A stretch of DNA of 63,657 nucleotides, filler included, from Choristocarpus tenellus KU-1152 (lineage: Eukaryota; Protista; Phaeophyceae): NCBI GenBank assembly GCA_964200185.2. It is 13 parts of 13 records of this genome, joined end to end, with 100 filler letters (N's around TTAATTAATTAA, not from the genome) between each part and the next. Parts side by side here need not be neighbours in the genome. Positions count along the whole stretch, not along the records: positions 49,558 to 57,877 come from CAXNAD020004860.1; positions 57,978 to 63,657 come from CAXNAD020010030.1; 11 more parts are not named here. One strand, given 5' to 3'. The position numbers and the translations under genes were made by a program. Under the pieces are notes generated by a model. The model saw nothing but the letters and a program-made list of their open reading frames with translations, ran no database searches and was not told the DNA's origin. This document shows, piece by piece, positions 49,693 through 62,615 of the stretch (positions are counted from its first letter, which is position 1; every line of letters starts with the position of its first letter).

Positions 49693-50779
49693 CTTTGAGG
49701 TATTTTGAGGACAAAGCTATTTTGGGAGGAGTGGTGTACAGTCGGGGTTCAAGTTCTGTACCAATGGAACCTTGCTGATTGAAGTCATACGCTATTTTTG
49801 TGCTGTGAAGAGAAGTAGATGTGCTTGTGTTGGATAGGGGGTGGAACTTGAATAGCTCTTTGTGGATATGTTCCTGCGAGTTATAGGGGAAAAGGAGTCA
49901 CTGTGTAAGGCAGCGTTGGAGGACCCTGGGATGGGGAACCGAAGGCCCTTTACTCCTGGAACCTTTATTTGGTAGACTTTAAATTGGAAATGGTGAAGGC
50001 TTGTTGAGTCATTCAGCGGGTACCGGGCTGTGTCGATGCTGTGTGTGATGTGCCTTGTCTGTTTCTGCACCTGTGTGCCCTAACCCTAACCCCCCTTTTG
50101 TAACATGTGGTCTTGCGAAGTGTAGAGGTTAGGGTTAGGGAAAATGGTTACGGGGGAAGAGGTAAGAGTGTGTTGATGGATCGAGCGGAAAGTGTTTGAT
50201 TTTTTTTTTTAATAAAATGTTTTAAAGTACTATAATACCTCAAAGTATACCACTAGTATTTTCTCGGAAAAGGTTCTTTGGAGTGCGATATGTATAGTTT
50301 AAAAAAGAAAAACTGGCATGTTCCTATAGTGTTGCGGCCGTGAATCTCTTGCACTTTGAACAATGCAGCATCCCACACCTTACCTTAGTATTGTGTCCCA
50401 AGGCATCCTTTGAAATTTCATCTTACCTTACCCCCTCTCCCCGGGGCTACGCTCACATCGTGCAGACCCTTGCCTGGTGGCTCCTTCCTGCGCCTCTCCC
50501 TGCACCTGCCATGACCTTTCCACTCTGCTATGACATCTCCCCAGTCAGTACTCTAACCCTAACCCTGCATATAGATAGCCAGCCCGGTGGGCTCCCAACT
50601 AATCCAGAAATTTCCCGGCTTGTGTCGACTTGACAATTGGCGGTCGTCAGTGGAGTGGTATGACCTTTTGTGTTTACCACTGAACAGTACAATGAATCGT
50701 TACACAGATGTGTACCGTCATTTTTTGTTGACGTTTTTCTCAAATGTATTGCATACACCTTGCACCTTGCACCTTGCAG

Positions 50780-50909
50780 GCGTCTTTTTGGTCCTCGATG
50801 TTTGTGGTGCTGGCGACGGTGATTGGAGTGAGTAATTTCGTCCAGATCTCTAGCTTCACAAGAATGGGTGTCCGGCTCACCACCCGCCTCCAGAAGATGG
50901 CATTCCGAG
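50780..50909 (+). CDS. ABCB1: ABCB1/MDR-type ABC transporter, TMD2 exon
   Basis: CAG| ASFWSSMFVVLA...QISSFTRMGVRLTTRLQKMAFR+G |GTGGGT; compare F...GE.LT.RLR...F. Confidence 0.9.
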
Positions 50910-51099
50910 GTGGGTTTCCCCCTTTAGGTTGGGATCGTTGGAGAAGAGTTGAACAAGTGGAGAGGTAGGCAGGACTGCACCGTGTAGATATGCTGAGTAA
51001 TCTCTGAAACATGTCTAGTACTTTTAGTTTGACTTCGGAAAGGGATCTATGCCGAACTATGGTTACGTTTTGTGTGTGTGTGGAAGAAGGGAAATATAA

Positions 51100-51152
<53 letters not shown>

Positions 51153-53182
51153 TTGAACACTATTTGTGTGCATGAAGTAATGAAAGTGGGTGTGTTGCAT
51201 AGAGAGGGTAGGTGTGAAAAAAGAAAAAGTGCTTGAAAAGCAAAAAAGGGAGGGCCAAAAAATCGCCTTTCTCTCTTTAATCAGGAGCGCTTGGGAAGAA
51301 GGAAGGCGTTTGGTTGTAGATTGGTTGGAATCCTTTTTAACAGAGCAGTGGTAGGTCTGAGTGCCGTGCATTCTGAAAGTTGTTCGGGAGCGCCGGCTTG
51401 TGGTGCAGTGCGTCTTTGTATGGTCAAAATGAGAGGATGGCTGATTCTCCTGGCAGGGGGTTGGAGTTGTAGTAGAGTATATGGTGGGGAGCCGGTTTGA
51501 TAGAGAGAGAGAGAGAGAGATTGTGGGGAAGGCGCTGTCAACGCCGAATGGTTGGGTAGTGGCTACCCCAAAACCGTTTGATAGCCCCGTACAAATAGGT
51601 ACTCACCCTTCCATCACTTACTGACCAGACCGATCAAGGGTAGTGTGCAGGTCCTTGCCTTGTGTGGTTGCTGAGAGTAGGCGAACAGCTGTGAACATCT
51701 TCTCAAGTATGTGTTCTCTACGGGACATACCAAGACCTCCTCTTTGATTGTCGGGTTGCACTACTAAGGTTGATAGTGTTTGTGATAGTGTTTGTCCCAT
51801 GGATGCACCAGTATCGCCACTATAGTGTATAGTGTACCCACCCCCTTGGCTATGGTCCAATACAGGCAGCTGCCAGGGGGGGGGGAGGGTTGTGCCCCCT
51901 TCAAGCTGTATTTGTGCCTATATTATTTTTGAATGATGTTCGTATGTGTGTGTGTGTGTATGGTTCATTCTGAACGCATGTATCATACATGGATTATATA
52001 TACATACACATATTATGTGTGTGTGTTGTGATCTTGTCATGTCCTTGGGATACCATTTTTTTTAGTGTTGTATGGTATCAGTTGCATTCCCTGGTTATGT
52101 CAATAGCCAATCAAGAGTTCTGTACCTGTATTTGTAGGCGTTTAGCATCTTGCGTAGATGGGTGGGCTAACTCNNNNNNNNNNTTTTTAGTTGCATTTTT
52201 GTTTTTTTTTTTGTGTTTTTTTTGGGTTTTTCTTTTTTGGGTTGATGGGTGGGTTATCTCGCCTTTTTTTTTTTTTTTTTTTTCGTATTTTTCATTTTGT
52301 TTGGTGAAATGGTGGGAGGCCGAGTGGTACCCCTACCCTATATAGCTCCTGCTTACACACACAACCATTTTTTTTTGTGTGATCTTTTGAATCTTCCATC
52401 TCCTGCTGATTTCTTAGAAGTGGTTTGCTGGAATATTCTGTGTTGGCCTGGTGGTAGTGGTAAAGAAAAAAAAGAACAAAGTTCACACTATTAATCGTAA
52501 ATTATACGTTTGCAAGTATATACCAAATCGGAAGGGCGAATTTTGATTTTGACTTCTTCTCATTGGTCGACTGTGTTCGAATTTCCCCGGGCTTAATGGA
52601 ACACTATTTCTAATGATGTAGTACTCTTTTTTTGTAATGTAGCTATGTTTAGTTTGGAGAAATTCAAATGCAATCGACCAATGAGAAAGCCGATCGAATC
52701 ATTGCCCATTGTTTAAACAGTCATGTTTTTTTTTTATTGTGTTTGTTTATTTTCTGTTTTATAATATATGGCAGGCGTTTTCATCACGGTTTGGCACAGG
52801 ATCTCACACCTCTGCTTTGACTTGTGCCTTAGTACATCATTACACCTGATTCAATATATGATAAGCTCATAAATGCCATGCTCGAGGCTCGAGGAATTGA
52901 ATCTCTATGACAAGTTCTCCTGTACCCTATCCTTCTCTACCATGTTGCCCTTGATAGTTCTACACCTTTTCCAATCGAACTCCCCATGTCCAGTATAGCA
53001 GAGGGCATACATGGTGTTAGTTCAATGTATGATCTGTATGCTGTCAAGATTTAACTCTTTGTGATTGCCCACTCCTTTTTTCTTCTACCCCCCCCCCCAG
53101 CATATCACACGCCTCACAAGCCTGCAACAACTCCCCAATGTGTCTCCTCCCCCCTCCCATTGGTGATTTGTTGGTGAGGCAG

Positions 53183-53303
53183 GTATAATTCGACAGGATG
53201 TGGCATGGTTTGATCGAGAGGAGAATTCCACTGGGGCGTTGTCTGCTCGCCTAGCCACTGAGGCTACCTTGGTGAAGAATATCACAGGGCAGAACTTGAG
53301 CAG
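53183..53303 (+). CDS. ABCB1: ABCB1/MDR-type transporter exon
   Basis: (G)IIRQDVAWFDREENSTGALSARLATEATLVKNITGQNLS; hallmark RQD..WFD...NSTGAL..RLA. Splice phases are consistent. Confidence 0.95.
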
Positions 53304-54156
53304 GTACGGATGGGGTGGGAAGTGGGATGGACTCAGTGGATATAACACAATGTTGGCGTTGAACTAGTGGAGAGGCGTGCGCGCGCACGTGTGTTTGTAT
53401 GTTGTGTTTTGACCATTTTGAGTTTGTTAAGGGGGGTTTTCAACTTTTATGTTAAGAGAAATTAAAAAGACTTTTGAAAAAAAGTGCGTTGATAAGGTTG
53501 AGCTGTTTCTGCAAATTGAATATACTCATCAAACGAAGTGTAGCTTTGGGCTGCTGTTGTGTGTTCCCAAGTATGTTTCACAGAGTCAGAGGGGGGTGTA
53601 GTTAAACTCAGTGGCTGTATCCCCTCTCGGTTGCCTTTTTGACTGTTGAGTTTGTCACCCCTTTCCCCACCCTTCCTGGGTCTTGGTGATGCTTTGTTGT
53701 TTAACCAATAGTTGCAAAGGTGGTGTTAGTTCTTCGTATCAATGATGGGATCGGGTCAATTTTAATATTGTTTTTGTTGTACTTTTTGAGAGTTTTTGAC
53801 TCTGTGCATGTGGTTTTATTTTTATTATTATTGCGTGGTCTTACCCACTATCCTTTATTTTCTGGCATTATTTTTCTGTGCCTGCATGCCTGTTTTGTCA
53901 TAGATATCTCTAAAGTGCATTGCATGAAAAACCCGAGTATTGTTTGAGTCATTGTCGCTTATGATTGCCACTCCATTAACTTTGGTAGGGGACGCAGCCC
54001 TGTATAGTCAAGTACAGTGCAAGACATGCTTGGAAAAAATATCGTACCGTCACCTGTGCTGCTTGGAATCGTTTTGTACTCATTATCATGGCACCACATA
54101 CAGCACTTGGCTCTTGTCGACCTGCAAAAGGTTCTTCCTCCTCCTCCTCTCTTCAG

Positions 54157-54280
54157 GATGTACCAAAATGTTATCACTGTCACTGCAGCCTTCCTGATCT
54201 CATTCCTCTTTGGGTCGCCTCTCCTCACCGGGGTCCTGGCAGTCATCATGCCCCTCCTCATTTTTTCTGGCGCAATACAG
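54157..54280 (+). CDS. ABCB1: ABCB1/MDR-type transporter exon
   Basis: CAG|(R)MYQNVITVTAAFLISFLFGSPLLTGVLAVIMPLLIFSGAIQ |GTAATT. Confidence 0.92.
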
Positions 54281-54663
54281 GTAATTAGGGTTAAGGGTTT
54301 GTACTCTTATGGCAGATTAAAACTGTGCTATATTTTTATTTGATACACCAGGATGTGCTGTCAACAACTAACTTCCTCCTTTAGGGGCAACCAAAGTCTT
54401 ACATATTGTGACTTGGATCGACTGCTTGGACAAGGTTCGTATTGTGCTGTGTAGAGAACGAACTGCCTTGAATTAGCACTCCCCTATCTGAACCTTATGG
54501 AGCCATCTTAACATCGCACTTGTTCATGGCTCTTAAACATTTTAAGCCTCAAGGGGTGTGTGGGACTTGCTTTTGTCTGATCTCCACATCTATTGATAAG
54601 TACTATGTAACTGTATCTGTAACTGTAACCGTCTTTCTTTTCTTCCGCTGCTATTGCAAATAG

Positions 54664-54723
54664 ATGAAGGTCATCACTCAGAGCAGCACAAAGAGTCAAG
54701 AGTCAGTGGCCAAGGCAGGAAAG
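54664..54723 (+). CDS. ABCB1: ABCB1/MDR-type transporter exon
   Basis: TAG| MKVITQSSTKSQESVAKAGK |GTGAGG; phase 0. Confidence 0.88.
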
Positions 54724-55248
54724 GTGAGGGACTCAGCTTACCTTTGCACTTGACCCTCCAGTGCGTTTTGTGGTCTGTGCCCTCTGACTCCCAACACACT
54801 CATCATTGTCTCTATGGAATCAAAATCTGTAACCAGAGGTCTACGTTTATAATGATATGTTAAACACACTCCCTATCTCCAAATACACTGTATATTAGGA
54901 GAGGAGATAAGTCGCTAGGAATCCCCCTAGACCTCCACAAAAATAAATGGAATGTACAAGTTGAAAAAAACAATTGTTTACTCCTACTGTACCTCCCAAC
55001 ATGTACATTGTCCATTATCAATGATAGCATAACAGGTATTGGACCATAGGTGTGATGGTGTTGGCATGCACAGACTGCAATGTCTATTTCACCTCCCAAA
55101 CCCAGTTTTGAACAAAATCAGACTGACTTGTAACCCCTTAGCTCTTCTCATCACTCAAAGCCCTTCTCCATTTTGTTATTCATTTCTGGCACCTACCATT
55201 CCCCCACGCGAATGGTACCGGTACTTTTTTCTGTTTGATCCCTCTCAG

Positions 55249-55436
55249 GTTGCTGTTCAGGCTATCGATGGTATCCGCACAGTGTTGTCCTTCAACCTGT
55301 CGAACAGGGTACTGGACCTCTACCGGGATGAACTGATCACGCCGCTGAAAGAGGGTGTACGGCGTGGACTCGTGGATGGGGTCATGTTAGGATTCTCGCA
55401 GCTTGTGACCCTAGGGGGCTACGGTTTCGTCTTCTG
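55249..55436 (+). CDS. ABCB1: ABCB1/MDR-type transporter exon
   Basis: CAG| VAVQAIDGIRTVLSFN...GVMLGFSQLVTLGGYGFVF(W) |GTAAGT; compare A.EAI.NIRTV.SF. Confidence 0.95.
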
Positions 55437-57170
55437 GTAAGTTCAAGTTGGTAAGTACTCAGTAGTTGATAATAGGTGCAGCATTACGTTTCTTCAAAAT
55501 GCGTTCATTAGGCAGGTGGGGAAGGAAATCAGGGAAGGTTTTGGTGTGGCGGAGGTGTCGGCCAGAGCACACTGTTGATAGGGTACTGTTGATAGGGTAG
55601 CTATTCGAAGTTCCTCTTAAGTCGTTTGTAGATTAAAATAGTCGTCGCACCTTTTGTTTTCATAGATAGTCTGTTGTGAGATGAATCCACAAAATGTCTG
55701 GTAACTTGTTGGTTTCATCCTACGTAGTCTTGTCACACTATAGTAGTAGTAGCCTTTCGGATCTAGAGTGCTTTTTTGATTGAGCTTCACACATACATGT
55801 TTCAGGGATGAAACATTTGTTTTGGTCCAGAAGTTGTCCTTGACATATTTTTCGCACTCCAAGTCTTTTGCAAGAATAGTTCAATCTTCCCACTTGACAC
55901 TTGCAGTTTGGTTGTATATTTGTCAACTCTCCCTTGAGTTTAGTTGGATTTGCGAGGGGGTCTACATTGCTAGTAAAGATCGCAGTATCCCCTATCCCTT
56001 AGTTGAATTGCAGGCTGACATACGTGTGTTGGTGTATCTGAAGGGCCTTTCTGTAAGCAATGCAGACTATGTTGTCGTGTTTGTTGTAGTCTTCGCCTTT
56101 GGGGTGTTTTCTTGTTCCCTCTGTTAGAACACCTACAATACATCAGTGGACATAATATTATGTTTACTACATTGTTCTTCATCTTCATTTTCTTTGGAAA
56201 GGTACACCACGGCTGGGTCTAAACAGAGAGAATTATACCCCAATTGCAGAATAAAGAACATAGCAAATCGAAAGGGTTAACATGATTACTATCACTTAGC
56301 CGTTCTGATTGGTCAATGTGGTGGTCAGAAGGTCATGACTATTGTCGCTTAAGCATTCTGTTTGGTCGATATAGTGGGTTAGAAGAGGACTCTTTTCTTT
56401 TAAAGGGAACTGCCCACGGCACTTTTTTTATCCTTGGCCACCCAAATGAATGTAACCCCACCCTTTTAAGTAGTAGCAGAACCTTGTGTTTCCCTACTGG
56501 CTTGTCCTTGGCAAGCACTCACGTCCCTGCTACCCCTCTTCAATACTACTTCTATTATTATTAATATTATTATTATCATTATTATTATTTTAGTACTTGA
56601 GCTGTCAGTACTACTTTGCATACTCTGGTTTAGATTTTGTGTGACAAAAAAGGCCTCTCCTGCAGTGCTTGAAACATATGGTTAAGTTGGCATGTGTGGG
56701 CTGTGGTGTTTCTTTGATAAAGAAGTATGCCCAGGGAGATCTTCGAATTTGTGGTCTCACCCTATGGTCGTGGCGTCAGTTTACTAACAGAAACCGAGGA
56801 TTTTATCCCCCTGATTATTACTTTGCTTTGTGCCATCTGTTAAGAGTGATGTCTTCGTCAGTAAGGCAGCAATGGCTGGTTGCATTCATTGAGGGCTGCT
56901 CATGTTTGCGAGGGATAACCTCACAAACTTGCAACTAATCTCTACATTTAGATTGTGCAGGATGTTTCACCCATGCTGATCCCCAGTGCAGTATGGACTT
57001 GTCATACAAATCGCTCCATCTATGCACTCACCCTGTTGCCATAACAACTTTCCTTGCACAGAGTTCAATGGCATGGAGGACCACTTAACGCCTATATTGT
57101 ATCAGTTCTATATTTTATCAGTTCCGAATACTTCACCACCACCCGTGTGCTTGTGTGTATGTTCCCGTAG

Positions 57171-57255
57171 GTGGGGTGGTCACCGGGTGATTGATGGCGA
57201 GATGGACTTCAACCGCATGTTGAAGAGTCTGATGGCCGTTATGATGGCAGCTCAA
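57171..57255 (+). CDS. ABCB1: ABCB1/MDR-type transporter exon
   Basis: TAG|(W)WGGHRVIDGEMDFNRMLKSLMAVMMAAQ |GTGAGA. Confidence 0.92.
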
Positions 57256-57977
57256 GTGAGAATACATTGCTGGACGTGTGCCTGATCACCCTCTAAGTTA
57301 CTGTGTACATTGCATCATTTGAGTCGTACAGTTTTTGCAGTGTGCTTGTGTGTTGAGATGGTGTTTGTATGCTCAATGCCTTCTGCCCTCCTCAGCCCTT
57401 CGTTTTACCTTGGAGTGAGTTTTGTGTTTCTATTTTTCAACAGCTTTGCATGGTTGAGGCTACAGGTTCATTCGCACAATATGGACTATGTGTAAGATTT
57501 TCTGGTAGACAATCCAGAGTTGAATTGCAGCACTGTTTAAGTTTTCCAGAGCCCAAACCTTGTATTCCTACTTCAGTACATAAGACTTGTTTGTTTGTAG
57601 GGTCTACTTCACACCTGATTCTTCCCCACCATTTGCACGTCTAAGGGTAAGTTGTTTTTTCTTTTCGGTGGGGTTGTATGGATGTATGATAGATGTATGA
57701 CCTTTTTTGCTTCTTGAACATTTTACACCACCATTGGTCAAGCAGGTGATAAACCTCAGATACTTTTTCTTAGTCAACACGTACATTCATTCATGTGCAT
57801 CCAACACCCCCCCACCCCCACCACCCTCCCCCCCCTCCACAGGAAATCTAGGCCACCTACCACCACATCCACGTCTGNNNNNNNNNNNNNNNNNNNNNNN
57901 NNNNNNNNNNNNNNNNNNNNNTTAATTAATTAANNNNNNNNNNNNNNNNNNNNNNNNNNNNNNNNNNNNNNNNNNNN

Positions 57978-58004
57978 CTCCCCCCCCCCCAGATACTTTG
58001 GGTC
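57978..58004. mobile_element. MITE-1 end at contig start
   Basis: C-tract followed by CCAGATACTTTGGGTC|TGA. Confidence 0.85.
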
Positions 58005-58689
58005 TGAAGACAAGAAGATGTGAAGCCTCAACACGGTTCCCCATTGCTGAACGTGATTACATGATTGAAACTAGAAGAGTGACCTTTGTGGGGTGTCTTC
58101 TCATTGCTTGTATCATTATTATTTGTGCTTCCTACCAAGTCAACGGTTATATCGAAGTAGTTGAATGCAGAATAATAACCAATACGTAATCCCATTCATA
58201 AGCTGGATAAATTATCTCATTAGTTACATCTCTCATACACAAAATAGGTACACCTCACTACTGTCCTATTTTGCACACATCTGTCTCTCCATCATCTCGT
58301 CATACTACTCCTCCTCAGCTCCCGTTCTCATCACCTCTCCTACATTTCTCTCCTCTGCTATCCTACTTCCTCCAGCTCAATCAGCTCTATTGTTTCCGGG
58401 TCAACCTCTGCCTGACCTCGCCCAGTCATCCCTTCACCCAACCCCAACCTTTCCACATTTGTCTATGTTTTTTTCAGCGATCAACAACGTGGTATATTTT
58501 CGTTACAGGCAAATGAGCTCTCGGTAATACAGTCAACACCATTCCCTCTGTCCCAACCTTTGCATAATCATGCGCCCTTATTGGTGAAGCGAATGGTTGG
58601 TAGCCCAGGTATATAGCTAACAGAGCTAGTGAGGGTAGAACTTAGGGCGCCAACAACAATGAAGAATCCGGGGCAGACAATGCCGTTGG

Positions 58690-59100
58690 TATCATTGAGG
58701 GACTGAACAAAAAGAATCCAGTGGTGAGTTTGGTTTAGGTGATCAAGTTCATACATTGCAGGATCAGGAGGAACAGGATGGCTGGGACACTTGTGGTGGA
58801 CCAGAGCTTGACAAAGGAGACCTGGCGGAAAGACATAAGATTTGCACAACTTATAAACTAACATGAATCACCAAGAGATTGGAGCAGGGAGGGCCTGTTA
58901 CAGAAGGCTACAGATCGGTGGTTGGTGGGATACAGTTGGCGGCAATAATGACTACGTCTGAAGTGTCTATTGCAATTCGAGAGTTGGCATAGAATCGAAT
59001 TTGGTCTGAATGCTGAGAGAGCGTTAGGGTATGTTTTACACACTAGAGAGAATGGTATTACCTTTGGAAAATGGACCTGTGCGGGAATGGACTGAAGGGC
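58690..59100 (+). mobile_element. decayed copia RT fragment, same family as the 25.3-28.4 kb element
   Basis: Nucleotide similarity to 27990-28416 (GCAGGATCAGGAGGAACAGGA..CTGGGACAC..GTGGTGGA.CAGAGCTTG). Confidence 0.8.
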
Positions 59101-59770
59101 CACCTAGTGGGGCTGTACTTGTAGTGTTATTTGTAGGGAGTATGGATGGGGTTACTGGTGACCTCTAATCATTAGTGGGATATATGCGATGATTGTGGCG
59201 TATTGTGGAGGTTTTTGTGTGAACAGTATTGAATGACCGGAGGAGGCAGAGACTTCATACCACGATTGCCGTGTATAGTGTGAATTGTAGCTCAAATGAA
59301 TCGGATAGGGTTGGACGTCATAGTGGGAGGAGTTCGGTGGAGCATTGTTTATCAAGTGCTAGGTGGATACGATGCATTTGAGTTGATTGTAGAAAAATCT
59401 CCATGGCAAGTATGTTTCTGGTTTGAAAGAAACATTGGAGTAAATTTGGCCAAAGAAATATAGTAGCAGAAGGATGTGAAATATGCAGTAGTCAGAGGAG
59501 GGAGGAATGGAAGGTATGATGAGTGTGTGTGCACGATGGGTGAAGATACTTGTTGCACAAGGCTTTTGGGTTTATCTCGTCTTAGGGGATCACATTGGGA
59601 AGTTATCGGAAAAAGAAAGGCAAACATGATCTGTAGGGTTAGCTCAAGTAAAAGAGTAGAATGCGTGAGACGCTGCTGGGTGGAAATGTAAAGTAGAATG
59701 ATGTATAGGCAAAATAGGCCAAAGCCTCCATCCCTGCTCAAGTGGTCCTCATCGAGGTGTGAGAAAAATG

Positions 59771-60450
59771 TCAACAGCGGTTGGGTCCCGTCAGATAAGG
59801 GCAGTTGTTCGCAGATCCAACCCTACAAGGCACTACCGATTGGGGACCTTTGCCCCTATCTGATAGCGATGAGCATATCTTCCACATGGTCAAGAATGAC
59901 ATGAAGGCCTCATCAGTCACTATCAATCTGAATATGCAGGAATCTGCCTCAGACTGTTCCAATTCTAGCTCCGACAAAGCATCCACTACCAGAAAGTTCC
60001 AGTTCCGAGACGCCTGAACTAACCCATACAGAAACTTCTTCAGCAATCTTGCTGCTCCATCAAACCTTCCCTTGCCCTCTGGTCGTTCTATATATAGAGT
60101 TTCTCCTCTAGGTCGGCCTGGTTGAAGGCCTTCTTTCCATTACTATGAATCAATACAGAGTTCAGCTTCGCCACTAATGCAAGTAGCATGCGAAGAGAAG
60201 CATGAGTAGGTGTAGGAGCAACTGACTTCAAGAAATTCTCACCCTTCCCCTGCCGAAATCCCTGCACAAACAACCTGGCCTCGTACCTGTCCACCTCTCC
60301 ATTTGCATGTACCTTTACAATGAACACCACCTTGCCCCCAAACACTATGTGGCCATCTGCAGGGTGAGGTACTTGAATCCACACTCGTCTGCTATCCAAA
60401 TCGATGACTTCCTCATCCATAGCCCTTTTCCTCAAGAGTCAGTCCTCCGA
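59771..60450 (-). mobile_element. copia RT fragment
   Basis: EEVIDLDSRRVWIQVP, YEARLFVQGFRQ, APTP, LYGLVQASRNW, QSEADSC. Confidence 0.9.
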
Positions 60451-61199
60451 CTCCATTGTCTCCCTCCACAAGGGCAGCAATACAGCAACTGCACATTCCC
60501 CCAATCTCCTTGATTGGTCCCATCGAAAAGTAAACTCCAGAGTCCAACAGGATATATCTATGTAGTACAACAGAATTATACAAACTTGTTTTATGTACGA
60601 TTTGTTTTTACTGGACAAATACTAGCAGTAGATGCAGCAGCGAGTAGCAGTGAGCAAGCCAAATGTGCATTGTTGACAAGGACCACTTTTCGGAAGGGTG
60701 GGAGGGTCGTCTGCGCCTCTTTTCCATTCCTTCCATGGCTTTTTGTTCGCACGCTATCAAAGAGTGTGCTGCTTCAACAAGAAGATATGATGTAGAATGT
60801 GCTTTATTAAGTTACAGCGAAGGGTGAGACCTATCCAAAGGGGAGGTAGTCCTAGTCTCCATAATCACGCTTCCGCGCAATTCGGTAGATCACCAGCAAA
60901 TGCATTTTCCTAGAAGGTTACTTCAACATCACTATGTTCTTATGTCCCGATCCATCGCCAATCTACTCTACTACAACATCATCTTCCTACTACTAATAAC
61001 AACATTTCGTGTGTACAGTGTTTCAAAGCATCTCCTTATACGAACATCCTCTCGTACTGTGCACTCACAATGTTCCATCACAACGCAACACTGATCCTAG
61101 GTTTAACCAACCTTCACTTCAAATCCTCATGCTCATCATCCTGAAGAATCAAATTATCAGAAATTCATTACAACCTCACATGACACACAAAACTATTTG

Positions 61200-62355
61200 C
61201 GATTGATAAGCTTGGTGAGAAAACCCGCATGTTGCTCCTCAGATCCCACATGCAGAACTTCTATATTCTTGTTCCTAACCAACTGCCTAAGGAAATGGTG
61301 GCTTACATCAATATGCTTTGTCCTAGACCCATTGATTGGGTTTCCCGACAGCTTCACTGCCTCCTCTTGTCCTCGTACATCAAGGTGGAACTAGTGGTCC
61401 TCTCCAGATTTACAAACTCCATAACTGTCTCAAGAAGAGACTTCATTAGCCCCGGTACGTAGAGCCACATACTCAGTTTCTGTCGTAGACAGAGCCACCA
61501 CCTTCTGCATCCTAGAAACCACGATAATGCTACACTTCCAATGGTAAGTAATCCCACAGATACAGACCTTCGGTTGTCCAGATTAGATGCATAATCCGCA
61601 TCAGCAAACGTCTCCAGTCGTTTTTCAAGGTCTCAGTCGTGTGTAATGCCAGTCCCCCTTCAATGACTCACATACCCCCAAAATCTGTTCAGTAGCTTCC
61701 CAATGCCTGTGCCCTGGGTTACCACTAAATCTGACCACAGTCACTACCGTGTTGGCGGTGTCAGCCCTGATCATGGTCACTAACAAATGACCCCACTGCT
61801 TCCATGTATGGAGTAGATGGGCTCAGCTTCACACACGAATCCTTCTCAGACAGATGTCGGTTGTAGATCCAGTCATATTATACTCTTTGGTGATCTCGAA
61901 GCGTTCCACTAGCCCTTCCACGTACACTTGCTGATCCATCTTTAATGTCTTCATCTTCCGATCCCGTGTAATACGACATCCCATACACAGCTTTATATCC
62001 TCCAAATCCTTCAGAGGGAATTCCTTGTTCATAGCTTCCACCACCACCCTCCCCTTCTCCTGCGAGTGCCTAGCCATCAACAGATCACCCACATGTGTGG
62101 CCATCAGCACTTCCATCACCTTGTTTTCCATCAAACGAAGCAAGCAAGGGTCAGGCTCGCATTGCCCGAAACCTAGCCCCTTCAGAGTCTCAATGAGTTT
62201 CAGATGCCAGTTCCACGATGCCTGTACCAAGCAATACAAATATCTCTTGAGCTTTCCTACCATTCCTGAAGCTCGAACTGCCTCAGGATGTGTCAGTACG
62301 ATGTAAATGTCCTCCTTGACATCCGCTTTCACAAAAGCCAGTCCTACATCAGCAT
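61200..62355 (-). mobile_element. copia RT and RNase H fragment
   Basis: DVGLAFVKAD, LYCLVQASWNW, HVGDLL, FADADYASNLDNRRSVS, SIDV.HHFLRQLV. Confidence 0.9.
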
Positions 62356-62615
62356 GGCCCAAAGCATTTAAGTGGGTAGGAGTTTTGCCCTGATTGTCCA
62401 TTCGGGGCTTCCCTTCCCATGGGTTTTTATGTCGTTTTTCGGTTTTCTGTGTGAACACAATTGTTACCTAAAATGTGTAGGACTATGAAAGGTGTGTCTG
62501 GAGCAAGGGTATTGACACTTGCTAACAAACATATTTAACAAAATTAATCCAAATCACAGCATTGGATTTATGATCCCGAACGGACACGGCCCTACCCTCT
62601 TAAAAGCTTTGACTC
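62356..62615 (-). mobile_element. MITE-2 diverged full copy abutting or inserted in copia RT
   Basis: Reverse complement begins GAGTCAAAGCTTTTAAGAGGGTAG and follows the MITE-2 body; it supplies the false N-terminus of ORF 61829-62458. Confidence 0.85.

Noticed and set aside
33296-57255. OXA1-KPNB1-ABCB1 as a gene cluster
   Set aside because: They lie on separate contigs joined by linkers and have unrelated functions.
57843-57877. Further ABCB1 exon after CAG at the contig end
   Set aside because: The translation does not resemble the expected continuation and one frame has an immediate stop.
61829-62458. 209-aa ORF as an intact protein
   Set aside because: It is a chimera of MITE-2 sequence and a decayed copia RT whose catalytic motif is mutated (HVGD).
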